NCBI GenBank assembly: GCA_048013815.1 | Contig: CM106586.1 | Span: 10,478,001-10,542,000, forward strand | Direction of reading: 5' to 3' | DNA: 64,000 nt | Source of the DNA: Setoptus koraiensis | Taxonomy: Eukaryota; Animalia; Arthropoda | In this document: positions 1 through 12,331 of the stretch, piece after piece | Position numbering within the stretch: the stretch's first letter is position 1 | Layout of the letters: the number at the start of each line of letters is the position of its first letter | Translations under genes and position numbers: made by a program | The notes under the pieces: model-generated | The model's database searches: none | The model's input: the letters and a program-made list of their open reading frames with translations, nothing else | What the model was told of the DNA's origin: nothing

Positions 1-474
1 TTCCAACAGATCAAGTGCCTAGGGAACTATAAATCCCTCACGATCATCCTCTTTGATGCCGTTTCTTCTGCCGTTCGGCGGATTTTCTATCGCAATGAAG
101 CAGTGGGTCGGTAAAAAACTGATAAGATCTCTACCATTTATTCGCCTATTTATCTGCAACGATCTAAGTTTGAATTGACTCGATCGGGGCTTAAACAACA
201 TTGAAACATATTGCAAAAAGCATAGAATGCGAACAGAATTCCTCTGATATATTCATATGATGCTCAAAATTGATACATAATACCGATAATCGGAAATGCA
301 TTGAAGAACGAGATAACATAGCACAATCATTGAACAGTTGCCTAGGTTTTAAATATTGCCATTCACTCTCACAATTGATTGCCATGCCGGAAAGAATCAT
401 TCTTTGTGATACAGAATTCTGGGTATAAATCAGTCGTTCGTCGCGGACTTTCTTCAATTGAATAGTTATTATGA

Positions 475-3400
475 ATGAATAATATATTCGACATACATGT
501 TGCCGTAAGTTGTCTCACGGCGGACTAAAATAAATTATTAACATCATTTTTTTCGCTCATTCATTGACCCTGCAATCAATCCAGAATACCAGCAAAACTT
601 GGCTCACTGACAAACCTCAACTGACTCCGTGCTTTCGTGACACTCTCCTAATCTGGCTACCTGGTAAGTATATCTGGAGCATTAATAGACATTCGTTGAG
701 GTAATCGAATCTGTGAAAGAACACAAACATCCAAAGAAAAATCCAAAACAAGCCAACCTGAGCCAGAAATTTTGTGAACTAACATCGCATTGCGAACTCA
801 TTTCTTATGCGATCAATCTTTGCAGCCATAATTTTTTGGTCAACTTTTTTTCTACAAGCAACTCTCCTTGATGAATCATGCAAGAAACAGCGCCAGAAAA
901 TTCCGTGGAATACCATCAACATTTCACAACAGCTATTGGCACAATTGTTGAGCCTGATTAAATTGACAGAGGGCCTCTATCATACATATCTAGAACTGAA
1001 GAACAATGGTACCAACAGGCTTGTCATATCGGCTTGCCTGGCCCCGTACGTTCAATTCTCAGGCTTCTTTTTATTGAGCTGCGTTTATCGCCAGCACAGA
1101 AAATGTGGAATACATTCGAGCGCCATGGTTTGGTTCTTTCTACTAACGTCGCTGGTTTGTGGATTGCCAGAGTTTTATGCTGATGTGACTGACGACCCCT
1201 ATTTAAAAATGGGAAGAATTGTTTCTTATATAATAGTTGTGATAGTATTCATTTTGGACTGCATAGGAGATCATTGCCCGATTGAAACTTCGTCGGGCGA
1301 CGAAAAACGACAGGCATGTCCTAGAACAAGAGCGAGCTTCTTTTCCAAGATGACATTCTTGTGGAGCACCTCATTTTTACTAAGCGGATATCGCAGTCCC
1401 TTGACTATGAGTTCAGTGTGGCAAACACAAGAGAAACACAAAGCTGAGCTACTGTCTCCCACTTTTGAAAAAATTTGGATCGCCAAGGAATCGGGCAAAC
1501 GAAAGTTTATCCAATCAACTGGCCGTCCAGGCTACCCCAATAACATTGTCACCGTGATATTTAAGATGTTTTCACGAGAAATTCTCGCTGCATGTGGCTT
1601 GAAACTTTTTTATGATTGTCTCTCTTATTGCCCAGCTCCAATATTGAAACAACTACTGAAATTCCTGAAATCGGGCGCCCACAATCACCAATGGCACGGA
1701 CTATTGTTTGCAATTGGTTTGTTTGCGGTGCCAACAATACAGTCTATTGTGCTGAGCGCCTTCATTTATCGAGCCGAAATGATCTCAATACGAGTCAGGT
1801 CAGTCCTAATCGGCGCAGTATACAGAAAATCATTGCTTCTGATGGCCACCAACAGCAGTTCTTCTGGAAAAAATTTTACCACGGGTGAAATCAATAACTT
1901 GATGGCTGTCGATTCTCAACGCCTCATGGATAACATGCTGCTCGTGTTCCAATGTTGGTCGTTTCCGCTCCAGATCGCGATAGCAGTCACCCTGTTATTT
2001 AGAGAATTGGGCTGGGCAATACTCGGTGGTGTCACTTGTATTGTGCTACTGATACCGTGCAGCACCTATTTGGCCAACAAACAGAAGATTTTCCAAGAGA
2101 AAATTATGCGATTCAAAGATGAACGCATTAAGCGAATGAACGAAATTCTGGCAGGTATCAAATTTCTGAAACTATACGCTTGGGAGAATTCGTTTGTCAA
2201 CAGCGTTGTTGGTTGTCGTTTGGAGGAATTGAAAAAACTCAAGATAGTACTCACTCTGGATGCAGCTACGAATTCTGTGTGGACAAGCAGTCCGTTTCTG
2301 GTGGCCTTAGTGTCGTTTGTGTTGTATGTATCAATGGATTCGGAGAATGTTCTCACAGCTGAAAAAGCGTTTGTCTCAATTCAGCTACTCAACTTGTTGC
2401 GTTATCCCATCCGAAATCTTCCTCGATTAATAACAACGGTCATGACAGCCACGGTTTCGATTGATCGTCTAAATGAATTTCTCAACAGTAACGAATTGAT
2501 GCCATATGTCACTCGGCATCAAGAACACGAATTCGCTGTTGATATCGAGGGCGCGGACATGTCATGGAACGTGGTGGAAAAGGATAAAAGTGAGCCAATA
2601 TTGAAAAATATAAACTTGCGTGTGTCAAAGGGATCTTTTGTTGCCATCGTTGGACAAGTCGCGAGTGGAAAGAGCTCACTTCTTTGTTCGATATTGGGCG
2701 AAATGCACCTGATCAAAGGAAAGTTCAGTATTTGCCAATCCCTCACATTGGCCTATGTGCCTCAGCAATCGTGGATACAAAATATGACCGTGAGAGATAA
2801 CATTTTATTTGGTGCACAATACAACGAAAAAAAGTATAAGAGCGTGATTTCAGCCTGCTGTTTAGAGGCCGACATGATGTCGTTGCCCCAGGGCGATTTG
2901 ACGGAAATCGGCGAAAAAGGCACCAACTTATCTGGTGGCCAGAAGCAACGAGTTAGCTTGGCGAGAGCTTGCTATTCTGATGCCGATATTTATCTGCTGG
3001 ATGATCCCCTGAGCGCTGTAGATTCTCAAGTGACACGGAATCTGTATGACAATGTTCTGAGCTCGACGAGTGGCTTGCTGAAAGACAAAACTAGAATTTT
3101 GGCCACCAACAACCTGTTCATGTTGCCTCATACCGATCGAATTGAGGTGCTCAGAGAGGGTAAAATCATTGAATCGGGAAAATATTGGAAGCTGATGGAA
3201 ACAACAAACGGCGATGGATATTTCAGTGAATTGATGAAAACATATTCGAAATCAGCCATGGACGTTGTCGCTCAGCCTGCTCAGACGACTCAAACAGACC
3301 CCCTAACAATCATCCAACTCAAAACCGAGAGAAACGAGAAAAGAAATGATGAATTGGCTGTTGCCCCTGCCCATGAAAACAACCGCCCCAAAGAGTCAAT

Positions 3401-5201
3401 GGGAAGATTGGTCAATTTGGAGCAACCTGAAATTGGTCAGGTGAAATTTGCCGTCTATCTACGATATCTGAAAGCTGCCTCGTTACTCTGGTCGGCGGCT
3501 CTTGTTGGATCGATGATGCTGTCGTCGGCTTTCCAAGCGTCCACAAATATCTGGGTTGCGCGGTGGTCATCGGACTCAAATGATTCCTCCAGAGCGACGG
3601 ATTCGAAGCTCATAACTGAGAGGATGATCGTATATGCACTGCTGGGTGTCGCTCAATGCCTCTTCGGTTTATCCGGTTCGCTTTCTTTGGCCTTCGGTGC
3701 AATAAGAGCAGCAAAAAATCTTCACAACGACCTGCTTGAGAGAGTTATTCATTCGCCGATGGAGTTTTTCGACGTCACACCCGCCGGAAGAATCGTAAAT
3801 CGGTTCGCAAAAGACATCGATGTGCTTGATTCAACCATAAGCGACGACATCAGACGCTGGCTCACCTATTTCATTCAAGTAGTCACAACATTGCTCACAA
3901 TATGTTGGGCATTTCCAGCTTTTCTATGGCTGGTTTTACCACTTACATTAGCCTATCATGTCACACAAAAGGTATTCAGAGCAACAACGAGACAATTAAA
4001 GCGCGTCGAAAGTATCAGTAGGTCGCCTATGTATTCGCATTTCAGCGAAACATTGACCGGATTGAGTGTTATAAGAGCGTTCAATAAGCAACAAAGATTC
4101 ATCGAAATTAACAATTGTCTAGTGGATAACAATCAAGCTTGCTACTACCCAAATGTCGTTGCAAATCGCTGGCTGACCATTGCTATCGGTCTAATTGGAA
4201 GCATTATTATAGCTGCTACAGCGGTTTTTTCCATCTTCAAACGCGATACAATTGGCGCTGGCATAGCCGGACTGACCATCACCTATGCAATGACAGTTAC
4301 ACAAACGTTGGGATGGTTTGTGCGAGCAACATCAGATTTGGAGATCGATGTGGTCAGTGTCGAGCGTATAATGGAATACATAAACAACAAACTCGAAGAT
4401 CTATGGTACAAAAATGAGCTCAAGACACCCATTGATTGGCCTAATACTGGACAGATACAATTCAAACAGTACACTACCCGCTACAGAGAGCATACTGATG
4501 CTGTCTTACATGATCTGGATTTTTCCATTCGACCCGCTGAAAAAGTTGCCATTGTCGGCAGGACAGGCTCAGGCAAATCAAGTCTGTCACTGGCATTATT
4601 TCGCATTCTAGAGGCCTCACCATCGACCAATGGAAATGTCGGACAGATACTCATCGACGATGTCGATATAGCTCGGCTTGGCTTGCACAATCTCAGATCC
4701 AGATTGACTATTATTCCTCAAGATCCTGTACTGTTTTCGGGCACACTCAGATTTAATTTGGATCCACTACAACTGTATACTGATGAGCAGATATATCGGT
4801 CACTCGATCTGGCTCATCTCCGAAAGCATATTGTCGATTTTAGAGACGGACTCGACGGCAGAGTAAGCGAGTATGGAGAAAATTTCAGCGTTGGTCAAAA
4901 ACAATTGATTTGCTTGGCCAGAGCAATACTACGGAAAAGCCGCATTCTCGTGTTGGACGAGGCCACTGCTGCCGTGGACATAGAAACAGATTCATTGATA
5001 CAACAGACAATACGGAAGCAGTTCAATGATTGCACCGTCATAACGATTGCTCATCGCTTGAACACAATATTGGATTCTGACAGAGTGATGGTTTTGAATT
5101 GTGGAAAAATTGAAGAGTTCGAGAATCCCCAAACATTGCTGCACAACAGAGACTCGCTTTTCTTCAAAATGGCAGAAGCGGCAAGCATGAAGATGGAGTA
5201 A
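475..5201 (+). CDS. ABCC1: ABC transporter subfamily C, long MRP1-like type (copy 1); predicted join(475..504,585..663,826..5201), ~1494 aa
   Basis: The ORF 807-5201 has TMD0-L0-TMD1-NBD1-TMD2-NBD2. NBD1 motifs: GQVASGKSS, LSGGQKQR, YLLDDPLSAVD. NBD2 motifs: GRTGSGKSS, FSVGQKQ, LVLDEATAAVD, TIAHRL. Two upstream exons with GTAAGT donors (505, 664) and CAG acceptors (584, 825) join in frame. They restore the MRP N-terminal motif TWLTDKPQLTPCFRDTLLIWLP (compare MRP1 [22 protein letters not shown]). The symbol is family-level; one-to-one orthology is not established. Confidence 0.93.
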
Positions 5202-6846
5202 ATAGTGGTTTACATTTCACTTTTTATCTTCTTTCATTTGATGTTCTCATTTCGTGAAGACAACAACAATGACGATTGCTCGGGTAGGGCAAATTGGTCA
5301 CTAAAATCCACCAAAGTTGGTTCGTATGGGAAGAAATATAGCATTTTCTCGGTTTTTTGGGGTCTCGATACTTTTGAGACTCCATATACAGTGAGTTCGA
5401 GAATCGATGGTTTTGTTGCGTTTTCCGACAGAGAGCATAATATCAGCGCGACTTTGTTAGGCTGACCAAAGTCAATAAATACCACACGTGATCACTGATC
5501 AGTGACCAACCGACTCTCGAAAACCCCAACAGGACAGCTTTTCTTTATAATTTGGGCTAAATTTCTACTCTTTTCCATGAAAACCACCCGTATTTCGGTC
5601 CTTATGTGCAAGTTGGTGAAAATCGGTGATTATGAGGAAAATGGGTTGAATTTCGGGTTTTCGGTGACTACAAATACGTCTCAAAATCATCCTTATGATA
5701 AGAATGACTCGCTAGAAAATTTTTAGGGTTTTGCCATGCACAGGAATAGTTCGCCTCGGAACCGATTTGCCCTACCCTAACGATTGCTAATGAGCTCAAA
5801 AACTCAATCCACATGGGTAGTCGAAAAAGAAAAGCTAGTCCATATTCAGAGCATGTCGACCCGACTGTCTAGTTTATTGTCTAGTCTGCATACTAATAAG
5901 TCAACAAAAACTCGTCCCATTTATCAGTGTGCAGACCTTATATGGTCGATTTCCAACCGACTGCATTCAAAGCGAGCCTGGACCTTTCTCTGCATAATCC
6001 AAGCTCTTTCTGAACTATCGGTCCCCATTCAGTTGGAGCTTAATCTAGCCATGATAGCTACAATAAAGATTCCTGCTTTCGTCACTTCTCTTTATTTTTC
6101 ACTGCTTTCGCCTCAATCAATCGTTGTTTCATAACCTTCTCAATCGATGCACAAATGAAAGTTTCATTATGAAACCAATGAATAATATAACGTCACGGTT
6201 TCTGTGAATGTAACAATTTTTGTGTCCGATACAGACCTCATCATTCGCGATTAATAGCTCAGAGATTAACCGCCAGTGTTAAAAAGCAGTCGATAAGCTG
6301 ATATGCACTTAGCAATTCTGATAGTTGTGAAATTTGGCGATATACAGATTCACAATTCAACAATAGTTACTGAATGCTGTATTGAAGAGAGATGATTTAA
6401 CAGAGCGGTTGATGTCCAATAGTTAATCTTGCTCGGTGCATAGCCAGTACGAAACTTAATCCTATGGCACTCGCTATGCACCCCATTAGCACTAGAGATC
6501 ACTATACTTTAATGACAACTTCAAGTTATTGCGAAGGTTATTGCAGGTAACGTTCCAGGTGGATTAGACTGCCAATGTCGATTAGTTATCTGTTTGGAAA
6601 GGTGAATTAATGTTACCACGCAATTTTATGTCTATCACGAGCATGATACAACGGATTTATGCGAGCATGTTATATGTTCGCATATAAGGATGAGTTCGTA
6701 ATTGTCATTTTTCAATCTCTGGAAAAGACGAAGCGACAACACCCGAATCCGAGTTCTATTTTATTTTTCGAACTTAAACAGCGGTAGAATATGATTAACT
6801 CTCGACTCTAGGATACTTTAGAACCAGAAAATCCACAGAATCTCGC

Positions 6847-9800
6847 ATGCACAACTTCATGGAAAGTAGTCTCGCCAACTTGTTGGCTGCATGTTTATGT
6901 GCAATCAAATTGTTAGAAACCATCAACTATACGTATTGTCTCGACCCGTCAGATTATTTCGGTGATACATATTTCCCGATATTAGTATGCGTTCAGTTGA
7001 TTTGCCTCTTTCTATTGACACTCACTTATTACTATGGAAGAAGACGTGGCCGAATCAATCCCAGCAAATCAGTATGCTTTTTTCTAATTGCATCGATTGT
7101 TTGCGGACTACCAGATTTGTATGGAACAATTTTTTCTACGGACGAAATGGTGAATGATGGCACTTATGCATATACGAAGAAAATCCTGACAATTTCGTAT
7201 TATCCGATTGTTCTGGCACTATTGACGCTCGATTACACGGGAAATAACGGGGAGACGCGCAAATTTTATCCGCCATCTTCATCATCAAAGGAGCTGCAAG
7301 AATGTCCGGAGGTGAGCGCGAATTTCTTCTCGCGAATAACATACTTTTGGTTCACCTCTTTCATTATAAAAGGATATCGTAGCCCATTAACTGAGTCCGA
7401 TCTGTGGAGAATAAAAGAGAAACACAAGGCACAAACGATGGGGAGTAAATTCGAACAGATTTGGACATCGAGAGAACACGGCAAAAAGACTTTTCTATCA
7501 AGCGACGGTAGCACGAAATATCAAAATAATTTGGCGCTCGTGATTAGCAAGATGTTTCGATGGCAACTCGCAGCTGCCAGCATCATCAGATCCTTGGTTG
7601 ATGTCATGGCCTTCGCATCTCCTCTGATTTTGAAGCGATTGCTAAAATATCTGGACGACACAAGCGAAAGTAACCAGTTGTACGGATACCTTTTTGCAGC
7701 AGGATTTTTCGTCATACCGTCGGTGCAGTCATTATTTATGGGATCCTTTGTCCACATAACACAATCATTGAGCCTGCATATTAGATCGATTATCATGAGC
7801 TCCGTGTACAGAAAGTCACTTCTCTTGGGAAATAGTTGCAAACAAGCTACCACAACAGGTGAAATCGTCAATTTGATGGCCGTAGATTCACAGCGTATCA
7901 TGGATTGTATTATGAATGTCACTCAGTTGTTATCTTATCCGATACAAATTGTAATAGCGATAGTATTATTGTACCATGAATTGGACTGGGCAGTTTTTGG
8001 TGGTGTTGCCTGCATGCTATTAATGCTGCCATGCAATGTTTATATAAGCAAACAAATGAAAAAAACCCAGAGTTTCGTTATGAAAATCAAAGATGAGCGC
8101 ATAAAACGAATAAATGAATTCTTGATGGGTATCAAAGTTATAAAACTGTCGGCTTGGGAAAAATCAATCATGGACACAGTGATTGGATATCGCCGGAAAG
8201 AATTGGTATATCTCAGACGAATATTGGTCTGGGAGGCTGTTACAAATTTCGTTTGGAACTGTAATCCATTCTTGGTTGCACTTGGCTCGTTTGCATTATA
8301 TGTGTTCAGTGATGTGTCTGGTCATGTGCTCACCGCTGAGAAGGCCTTTGTCTCAATAGCTTTGTTCAATTTGCTAAGGATGCCGATAACAATGTTGCCT
8401 GATTTTATAGCCAACATCATTATGGCATCAGTATCAGTTAATCGTCTGAGCAAGTTTCTCAATAACAACGAATTGGTGACATATGTCACCCGTGAAGAGA
8501 GTGATTATGCAATCAATATAGAAAATGCCAGCACCTCTTGGACGGATGGCGTCGAAGACAAAAAAATAGGCCTGCAGCCAGTATTGAAAGATATAAACTT
8601 GCGCGTATCTAAGCGATCTTTTGTTGCCATCGTTGGACAAGTCGCGAGCGGAAAGAGCTCACTTCTTTGTTCGATATTGGGCGAAATGCACCCGATCAGA
8701 GGCAAGTTCAGTATCTGCAAATCGCTCACATTGGCCTATGTGCCTCAGCAATCGTGGATACAAAATATGACCGTGAGAGATAACATTTTATTTGGTGCAC
8801 AATACAACGAAAAAAAGTATAAGAGCGTGATTTCAGCCTGCTGTTTAGAGGCCGACATGATGTCGTTGCCCCAGGGCGATTTGACGGAAATCGGCGAAAA
8901 AGGCACCAACTTATCTGGTGGCCAGAAGCAACGAGTCAGCCTGGCCAGAGCCTGCTATTTCGATGCCGATATTTATCTGCTGGATGATCCCCTGAGCGCT
9001 GTAGATTCTCAAGTGGCACGAAATCTGTATGACAATGTTTTGAGTTCGGCGAGTGGCCTACTGAAAGACAAAACTAGAATTTTGGCCACCAACAACCTGT
9101 TCGTGTTGCCTTATACGGATCAAATTGAAGTACTCAGAGAGGGCAAAATCATTGAATCGGGAAAATATTGGAAGCTGATGGAAAAAAACGAGGGACATTT
9201 CAGTGATTTAATGAAGCTACATTCAGATGTGACCAACGGAGAGAATTTAGACGAGTCAGATGTGGTGAAAAATAAGCCTGCTCCCATTGGTCAGCAAAAA
9301 CCAACAAAAGCATTCAATGAACTGAAGTTCTATGGCGAGAATAGCGCAAAAAAGCGGGGCCAACTCACTCAATTGGAAACCATCGAGACAGGAGGAGTGA
9401 AGTTTAGCACCTATTCCAAATATTTTAAGGCGGCTTCCGGTTTCTGGACAGCAATGGTTCTCGTCTCGTTCGCATTCTCATCTACTTTCTCCATTGCAGG
9501 AAACTTTTGGCTGACTCTATGGACATCAGACTCTGATGATCCATCTACGTCAACCGATTCTGACCTAAAAACGAAGCGAATAACAGTTTACGGATTGCTG
9601 GGAGGCTTACAATGCCTCTTCGTTTTGTCAGGCTCGCTCGCCCTTGCCTCAGGTTCGATACGAGCCGCAACAAGTTTTCACAACACGCTCCTGGACAGAG
9701 TTATGCATTCTCCGATGGAGTTTTTCGACACAACTCCTGTTGGAAGAATTGTCAATCGATTTTCGAGTGACATCAACATACTCGATTCGAAGTTACCACT

Positions 9801-11157
9801 CGGCTTCAGATGGAGCCTAAATTTTCTTCTTCAAGTAATAAGTACAATAGTGGTAATATCAATATCATTCCCGGCATTTTTATTCTTGGTCATTCCTTTA
9901 ACAATTCTCTTTTTCCTAGGGCAAAGAGTATATAAGGTGATAAAGAGACAATTGAAACGTATGGAGAGCACAAGTAGATCACCGATTTATTCGAATTTTA
10001 GTGAAACATTGACCGGATCAAGTGTTATAAAAGCTTTCGGTTGTCAGGATAGATTCATTGAACAAAACAATAACCTGGTGAACAAAAATCAATCCTGCTT
10101 TTATCCGACTATCATATCGCTTTGTTGGCTCAACATCATGGTAGATTTGTTTGGTAATATTGTTACAACATCGGCAGTCTTGTTCTCCATTTACAATCGG
10201 GGCTTGGTGAGTGCCGGTGTTGCCGGATTCACCATATCATACGCAATGGCAACAATCAGGGTCTTGGGTTACTTTGTGCGGGCAGCAACAGATTTGGAGT
10301 CCGATGTGGTCGGTGTCGAGCGTATAATGGAATACATAAACAACAAACTCGAAGATCTATGGTACAAAAATGAACTCAAAACACCCATTGATTGGCCTAA
10401 TACTGGACAGATACAATTCAAACAGTACACTACCCGCTACAGAGAGCATACTGATGCTGTCTTACATGATCTGGATTTTTCCATTCAACCCGCTGAAAAA
10501 GTTGCCATTGTCGGCAGGACAGGCTCAGGCAAATCAAGTCTGTCGTTGGCGTTATTTCGCATTCTAGAGGCCTCACCATCGACCAATGGAAATGTCGGAC
10601 AGATACTCATCGACGATGTCGACATAGCTCGGCTTGGCTTGCACAATCTCAGATCCAGATTGACCATTATTCCTCAAGATCCTGTACTGTTTTCGGGCAC
10701 ACTCAGATTTAATTTGGATCCACTACAACTGTATACAGATGAGCAGATATATCGGTCACTCGATCTGGCTCATCTCCGAAAGCATATTGTCGATTTTAGA
10801 GACGGACTTGACGGTAGAGTAAGCGAGTATGGAGAAAATTTCAGCGTTGGCCAAAAACAATTGATTTGCTTGGCCAGAGCAATACTGCGGAAAAGCCGCA
10901 TTCTCGTATTGGACGAGGCCACCGCTGCCGTGGACATAGAAACCGATTCATTGATACAACAGACAATACGGAAGCAGTTCAATGATTGCACCGTCATAAC
11001 GATTGCTCATCGCTTGAACACAATATTGGATTCTGACAGAGTGATGGTTTTGAATTGTGGAAAAATTGAAGAGTTTGAAAAACCACAAACATTGCTGCAA
11101 AACAAGGGCTCGACTTTTTACAAAATGGTAGAAGCAGCCAGTATAAAGATGGATTAG
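6847..11157 (+). CDS. ABCC1: ABC transporter subfamily C, MRP1-like (copy 2, tandem paralogue); 1436-aa uninterrupted ORF, 5' end possibly incomplete
   Basis: Same domain order and NBD motifs as copy 1. The first Met aligns to about residue 63 of spliced copy 1. A possible phase-1 acceptor lies at 6810-6811, but no upstream exon was identified. The symbol is family-level. Confidence 0.92.
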   Translation: MHNFMESSLANLLAACLCAIKLLETINYTYCLDPSDYFGDTYFPILVCVQLICLFLLTLTYYYGRRRGRINPSKSVCFFLIASIVCGLPDLYGTIFSTDEMVNDGTYAYTKKILTISYYPIVLALLTLDYTGNNGETRKFYPPSSSSKELQECPEVSANFFSRITYFWFTSFIIKGYRSPLTESDLWRIKEKHKAQTMGSKFEQIWTSREHGKKTFLSSDGSTKYQNNLALVISKMFRWQLAAASIIRSLVDVMAFASPLILKRLLKYLDDTSESNQLYGYLFAAGFFVIPSVQSLFMGSFVHITQSLSLHIRSIIMSSVYRKSLLLGNSCKQATTTGEIVNLMAVDSQRIMDCIMNVTQLLSYPIQIVIAIVLLYHELDWAVFGGVACMLLMLPCNVYISKQMKKTQSFVMKIKDERIKRINEFLMGIKVIKLSAWEKSIMDTVIGYRRKELVYLRRILVWEAVTNFVWNCNPFLVALGSFALYVFSDVSGHVLTAEKAFVSIALFNLLRMPITMLPDFIANIIMASVSVNRLSKFLNNNELVTYVTREESDYAINIENASTSWTDGVEDKKIGLQPVLKDINLRVSKRSFVAIVGQVASGKSSLLCSILGEMHPIRGKFSICKSLTLAYVPQQSWIQNMTVRDNILFGAQYNEKKYKSVISACCLEADMMSLPQGDLTEIGEKGTNLSGGQKQRVSLARACYFDADIYLLDDPLSAVDSQVARNLYDNVLSSASGLLKDKTRILATNNLFVLPYTDQIEVLREGKIIESGKYWKLMEKNEGHFSDLMKLHSDVTNGENLDESDVVKNKPAPIGQQKPTKAFNELKFYGENSAKKRGQLTQLETIETGGVKFSTYSKYFKAASGFWTAMVLVSFAFSSTFSIAGNFWLTLWTSDSDDPSTSTDSDLKTKRITVYGLLGGLQCLFVLSGSLALASGSIRAATSFHNTLLDRVMHSPMEFFDTTPVGRIVNRFSSDINILDSKLPLGFRWSLNFLLQVISTIVVISISFPAFLFLVIPLTILFFLGQRVYKVIKRQLKRMESTSRSPIYSNFSETLTGSSVIKAFGCQDRFIEQNNNLVNKNQSCFYPTIISLCWLNIMVDLFGNIVTTSAVLFSIYNRGLVSAGVAGFTISYAMATIRVLGYFVRAATDLESDVVGVERIMEYINNKLEDLWYKNELKTPIDWPNTGQIQFKQYTTRYREHTDAVLHDLDFSIQPAEKVAIVGRTGSGKSSLSLALFRILEASPSTNGNVGQILIDDVDIARLGLHNLRSRLTIIPQDPVLFSGTLRFNLDPLQLYTDEQIYRSLDLAHLRKHIVDFRDGLDGRVSEYGENFSVGQKQLICLARAILRKSRILVLDEATAAVDIETDSLIQQTIRKQFNDCTVITIAHRLNTILDSDRVMVLNCGKIEEFEKPQTLLQNKGSTFYKMVEAASIKMD

Positions 11158-11272
11158 ACAATGGTTTACATTTAACTTTTTATCTTCTGTCAATTGATGT
11201 TCTCATTTCGTAGCGGTAACAATAGTGACGATTGCTTATAAGCTCAGAAACTTACTTAATCCACATTTCATG

Positions 11273-11635
11273 TCATATTCTGTGACGTGGTTCTGGTCGT
11301 ACTCGCCTCGTCGGAAATTGCGATTGTTTTTGATTTTGGTCACGCAATAAATTGTTAGAGCGGCGCCATTCCTGAATTCTGCTTTCCTTGTCGAAGGCCT
11401 CCTCCAGAGCCTCATCCGGCAACATAATTGTTTTGATGTTGCATCCCCTTATGAAGCATTCATCGGCTCGCCAAGATCTATCCTTCAATCGGGTGGTGTG
11501 CAATACTGGACTTAGGCGGACATTCATGTAATTGTCACAAGCCAGCATGTATCCTGTGTAGTTGGCACCATCGTTTGTCTCAACTGTGATTCGCTTGTTT
11601 TTGCCCGACTCTAATATATGGAATGGCAGTAGCAT
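11273..11635 (-). CDS. LSM4: Sm-like protein LSm4-like (U6 snRNP / decapping complex), divergent, intronless, 120 aa
   Basis: The N-terminus MLLPFHIL resembles LSm4 MLPLSLL. Sm1 motif ITVETNDGANYTGYMLACDNYMNVRL (LSm4 [24 protein letters not shown]). Sm2 motif WRADECFIRGCNIKTIMLPDE (LSm4 [21 protein letters not shown]). Confidence 0.82.
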   Translation of the reverse strand: MLLPFHILESGKNKRITVETNDGANYTGYMLACDNYMNVRLSPVLHTTRLKDRSWRADECFIRGCNIKTIMLPDEALEEAFDKESRIQEWRRSNNLLRDQNQKQSQFPTRRVRPEPRHRI

Positions 11636-12331
11636 GTTGAATTGGTTTTTTTCCGTTCAGTTTCCGATGCAGAATTAAATAAAATAATCCTTGAACGTTA
11701 AGTAAGTGATTTGGCGTCAAAAATCTAAATTGATTTCTAAATTAATTAATCAGTGTCTTGTACTCGAGTGCGATATTGACCATCTCTGGCGATAAATAAT
11801 GTATCAGCACGTGGTTTCATTGCGGATAAACAGAGCGTGAGACATATGTTGCTCAATGAGCGCGAAACATTGCTAATAATCCAGTTCACTTGTGAATCGC
11901 AAGTTGTGATTCACGAGTGAACTGCCAACAGACTCGACAGATTCTCGATCGAAGATAGATACTCAATTCAGCAATCAAATGAATTACTTGGTGGAAAAAA
12001 CCAGGCTAGTTTCTTTCAAAACATTTATTCTAAAACTATGAGTATTGAACGCACATTAAACTATTCTTTTGTCGAGATGTGATCATCGTCTAAATGACTA
12101 AACAACACTACATTATGTAACATAAAAAATGGTATGGCACTGATACATCGTTTCATGTTTTCTCGGGAAAATCTATTGAATGTTATGAAGCTAAAACTAA
12201 AATAAGTCCTACACTGGTATAACTATCATCATCAACAGTTGTATGAGCATTCATGGATTGTGGCCTCGGTAATCTTAGACCCCGCCACCTGTATAAACCG
12301 GGCTTGGTTTCGTTCCCCATTCGTCGTCAGA

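Noticed and set aside
19-457. Two short minus-strand ORFs at the window start
   Set aside because: No recognisable motif, and they lie in the presumed ABCC promoter region.
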